NCBI GenBank assembly: GCA_024234955.1
Contig: JACKNK010000001.1
Location: forward strand, 389,331 to 453,330
Source: Gammaproteobacteria bacterium
Lineage (GTDB): Bacteria; Pseudomonadota; Gammaproteobacteria; JACKNK01
Direction: 5' to 3'
Length of the DNA: 64,000 nucleotides
A model generated the notes under the pieces. It made no database searches. It saw only the letters and a program-made list of their open reading frames with translations, and had not been told where the DNA came from. Below are positions 62,863 to 64,000 of the stretch, one piece after another (the stretch's first letter is position 1; the number at the start of each line of letters is the position of its first letter). Position numbers and translations under genes: made by a program.

Positions 62863-64000
62863 CTATTGACCGATGTAGTCACGTCGTGCGGTGACGACCT
62901 TGAGCAGATACCGCCGCGTCTCTTCAAACTTCAATCCGCCACGCAGACGTTCATAGACTTGCGCGGCATTCAGCCGATTAATGGCTTCCACAGCCCGTTG
63001 CCGATCCGGGTCGAATGTCTTGAAAACATTGCCCGCGCCGCCGTTGTAAGCGGCAATCACACAATATTCCCGCGCCACCGGATCGATGATCGCGGCGAGA
63101 TAGCGGCTGTCGAGCAGATTCAGGTAAGCCGCCCCCAACTCGATATTGTTGGCCGGCTCAAAAAGGAAATCTCGACCCGGAATCGCATCGGTACCACGCG
63201 CATGGCGATAGGCGTCGCGGCCACCGCTGGTGGGCACCAACTGCATCAATCCGTAGGCGGGAACATGACTGACGGCGAAGGGATTGAAGGCACTTTCCAC
63301 CTCCATAACCGCATAAATCAGACTGGAACTCACCCCGAACCGCGCCGCGTTTTTCTCGACCAGACCGGCATAACGCCTTGCCTGGGCATGAAGATGACCC
63401 GCAGTCAGCCGAAACTCAACCGCAAACACGGTCTCATCGCCACGAGGCGTGCGCAGACGACTTCGCTGCAGTGCGTTATCCCAGAGCCAATGCGCATAGC
63501 GTTCCGCGTCGTAGCGATCGCGTATGGATCTACCCGCCTCATCGACCACCAAGCCATTGAGATAAGGATCACCCCCCAGTTCCACCGGCTTGGCGGAATA
63601 CACATCGACGGCACGGGGATCATCGGGGGTCAGCAAAGTAACCACGACCGCTTCGATCAGACTTTGCTCGGGATGGCCCTGATCCAGGGTCTCGATACGC
63701 ACCGTGCCGCTGTCGAAATCGATGATCGCGCGACTGCGGTAACTTTGTGAGTATTTGACGTAGACCTTGCGATCCGGCGTCTTCGTATCTTTTCCCCAGA
63801 CTTCACCCGCCTCACCGCGTAATACCGCCACCAGTTGATTGAAGGCGTCGCGTACCCCTTTTGCATCCTTGATCAGGATTTCCGGGTCGCGTGCATAACT
63901 TTGCAGGCGACCGGTCACCACCCGTCGCGCTGCCGTGACCGGATCACCCGCAGTGACCACATCCACCGCCTGTCGGACGCTACATGCCGTACTCACGCCC
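62863..64000 (-). CDS. mltC: Membrane-bound lytic murein transglycosylase C-like (SLT domain); the N-terminus probably lies beyond the window edge.
   Basis: The SLT catalytic block is ESAFNPFAVSHVPAYGLMQLVP. There is an MltC-like N-terminal DUF. No signal peptide or lipobox is visible before position 64000. Confidence 0.7.
   Translation of the reverse strand, partial: GVSTACSVRQAVDVVTAGDPVTAARRVVTGRLQSYARDPEILIKDAKGVRDAFNQLVAVLRGEAGEVWGKDTKTPDRKVYVKYSQSYRSRAIIDFDSGTVRIETLDQGHPEQSLIEAVVVTLLTPDDPRAVDVYSAKPVELGGDPYLNGLVVDEAGRSIRDRYDAERYAHWLWDNALQRSRLRTPRGDETVFAVEFRLTAGHLHAQARRYAGLVEKNAARFGVSSSLIYAVMEVESAFNPFAVSHVPAYGLMQLVPTSGGRDAYRHARGTDAIPGRDFLFEPANNIELGAAYLNLLDSRYLAAIIDPVAREYCVIAAYNGGAGNVFKTFDPDRQRAVEAINRLNAAQVYERLRGGLKFEETRRYLLKVVTARRDYIGQ

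Overview
This is a high-GC (~62-65%) chromosomal segment of a gammaproteobacterial sulfur oxidiser, dense in mostly housekeeping genes. The sulfur-oxidiser assignment rests on a soxXAK cytochrome operon (soxX/soxA plus a small SoxK-like gene) and an fccAB flavocytochrome c sulfide dehydrogenase operon. Confident housekeeping calls include uvrB, htpG, dksA, nadA, acnA, pepN, mlaA, hflD, ogt, the rpsP-rimM-trmD-rplS operon, tRNA-Asn and an RND efflux pair. Several accessory-looking modules stand out. (1) A divergently LysR-controlled, translationally coupled operon: a 66-aa extremely acidic protein, a GNAT acetyltransferase fused to a C39-like Cys peptidase, a RimK-like ATP-grasp ligase with a long N-terminal extension, and a secreted DsrE-like protein. 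I read this as a candidate peptide-tagging or peptide-modification system. It lies a few kb from a tRNA-Asn gene followed by a tandem ~112-bp att-like repeat that carries the tRNA 3' end plus a terminator. (2) A coupled three-gene operon: a 796-aa protein with no recognisable domain, a phosphatidylserine-decarboxylase-like pyruvoyl proenzyme, and an Lgt-like polytopic membrane protein. (3) A minus-strand cluster: an ALS-like TPP enzyme, a large GT2 glycosyltransferase, a small sulfotransferase-like protein, and a CDP-alcohol phosphatidyltransferase (PssA-type). This suggests a modified or sulfated glyco- or phospholipid pathway. (4) An isolated phage-type lysis cassette (M15 peptidase plus a 3-TM holin-like protein). 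(5) acnA has markedly higher GC3 than its neighbours and is flanked by AT-rich tracts. No CRISPR array, IS element or rRNA was seen. All functional calls come from motif recognition by eye; no database search was possible.
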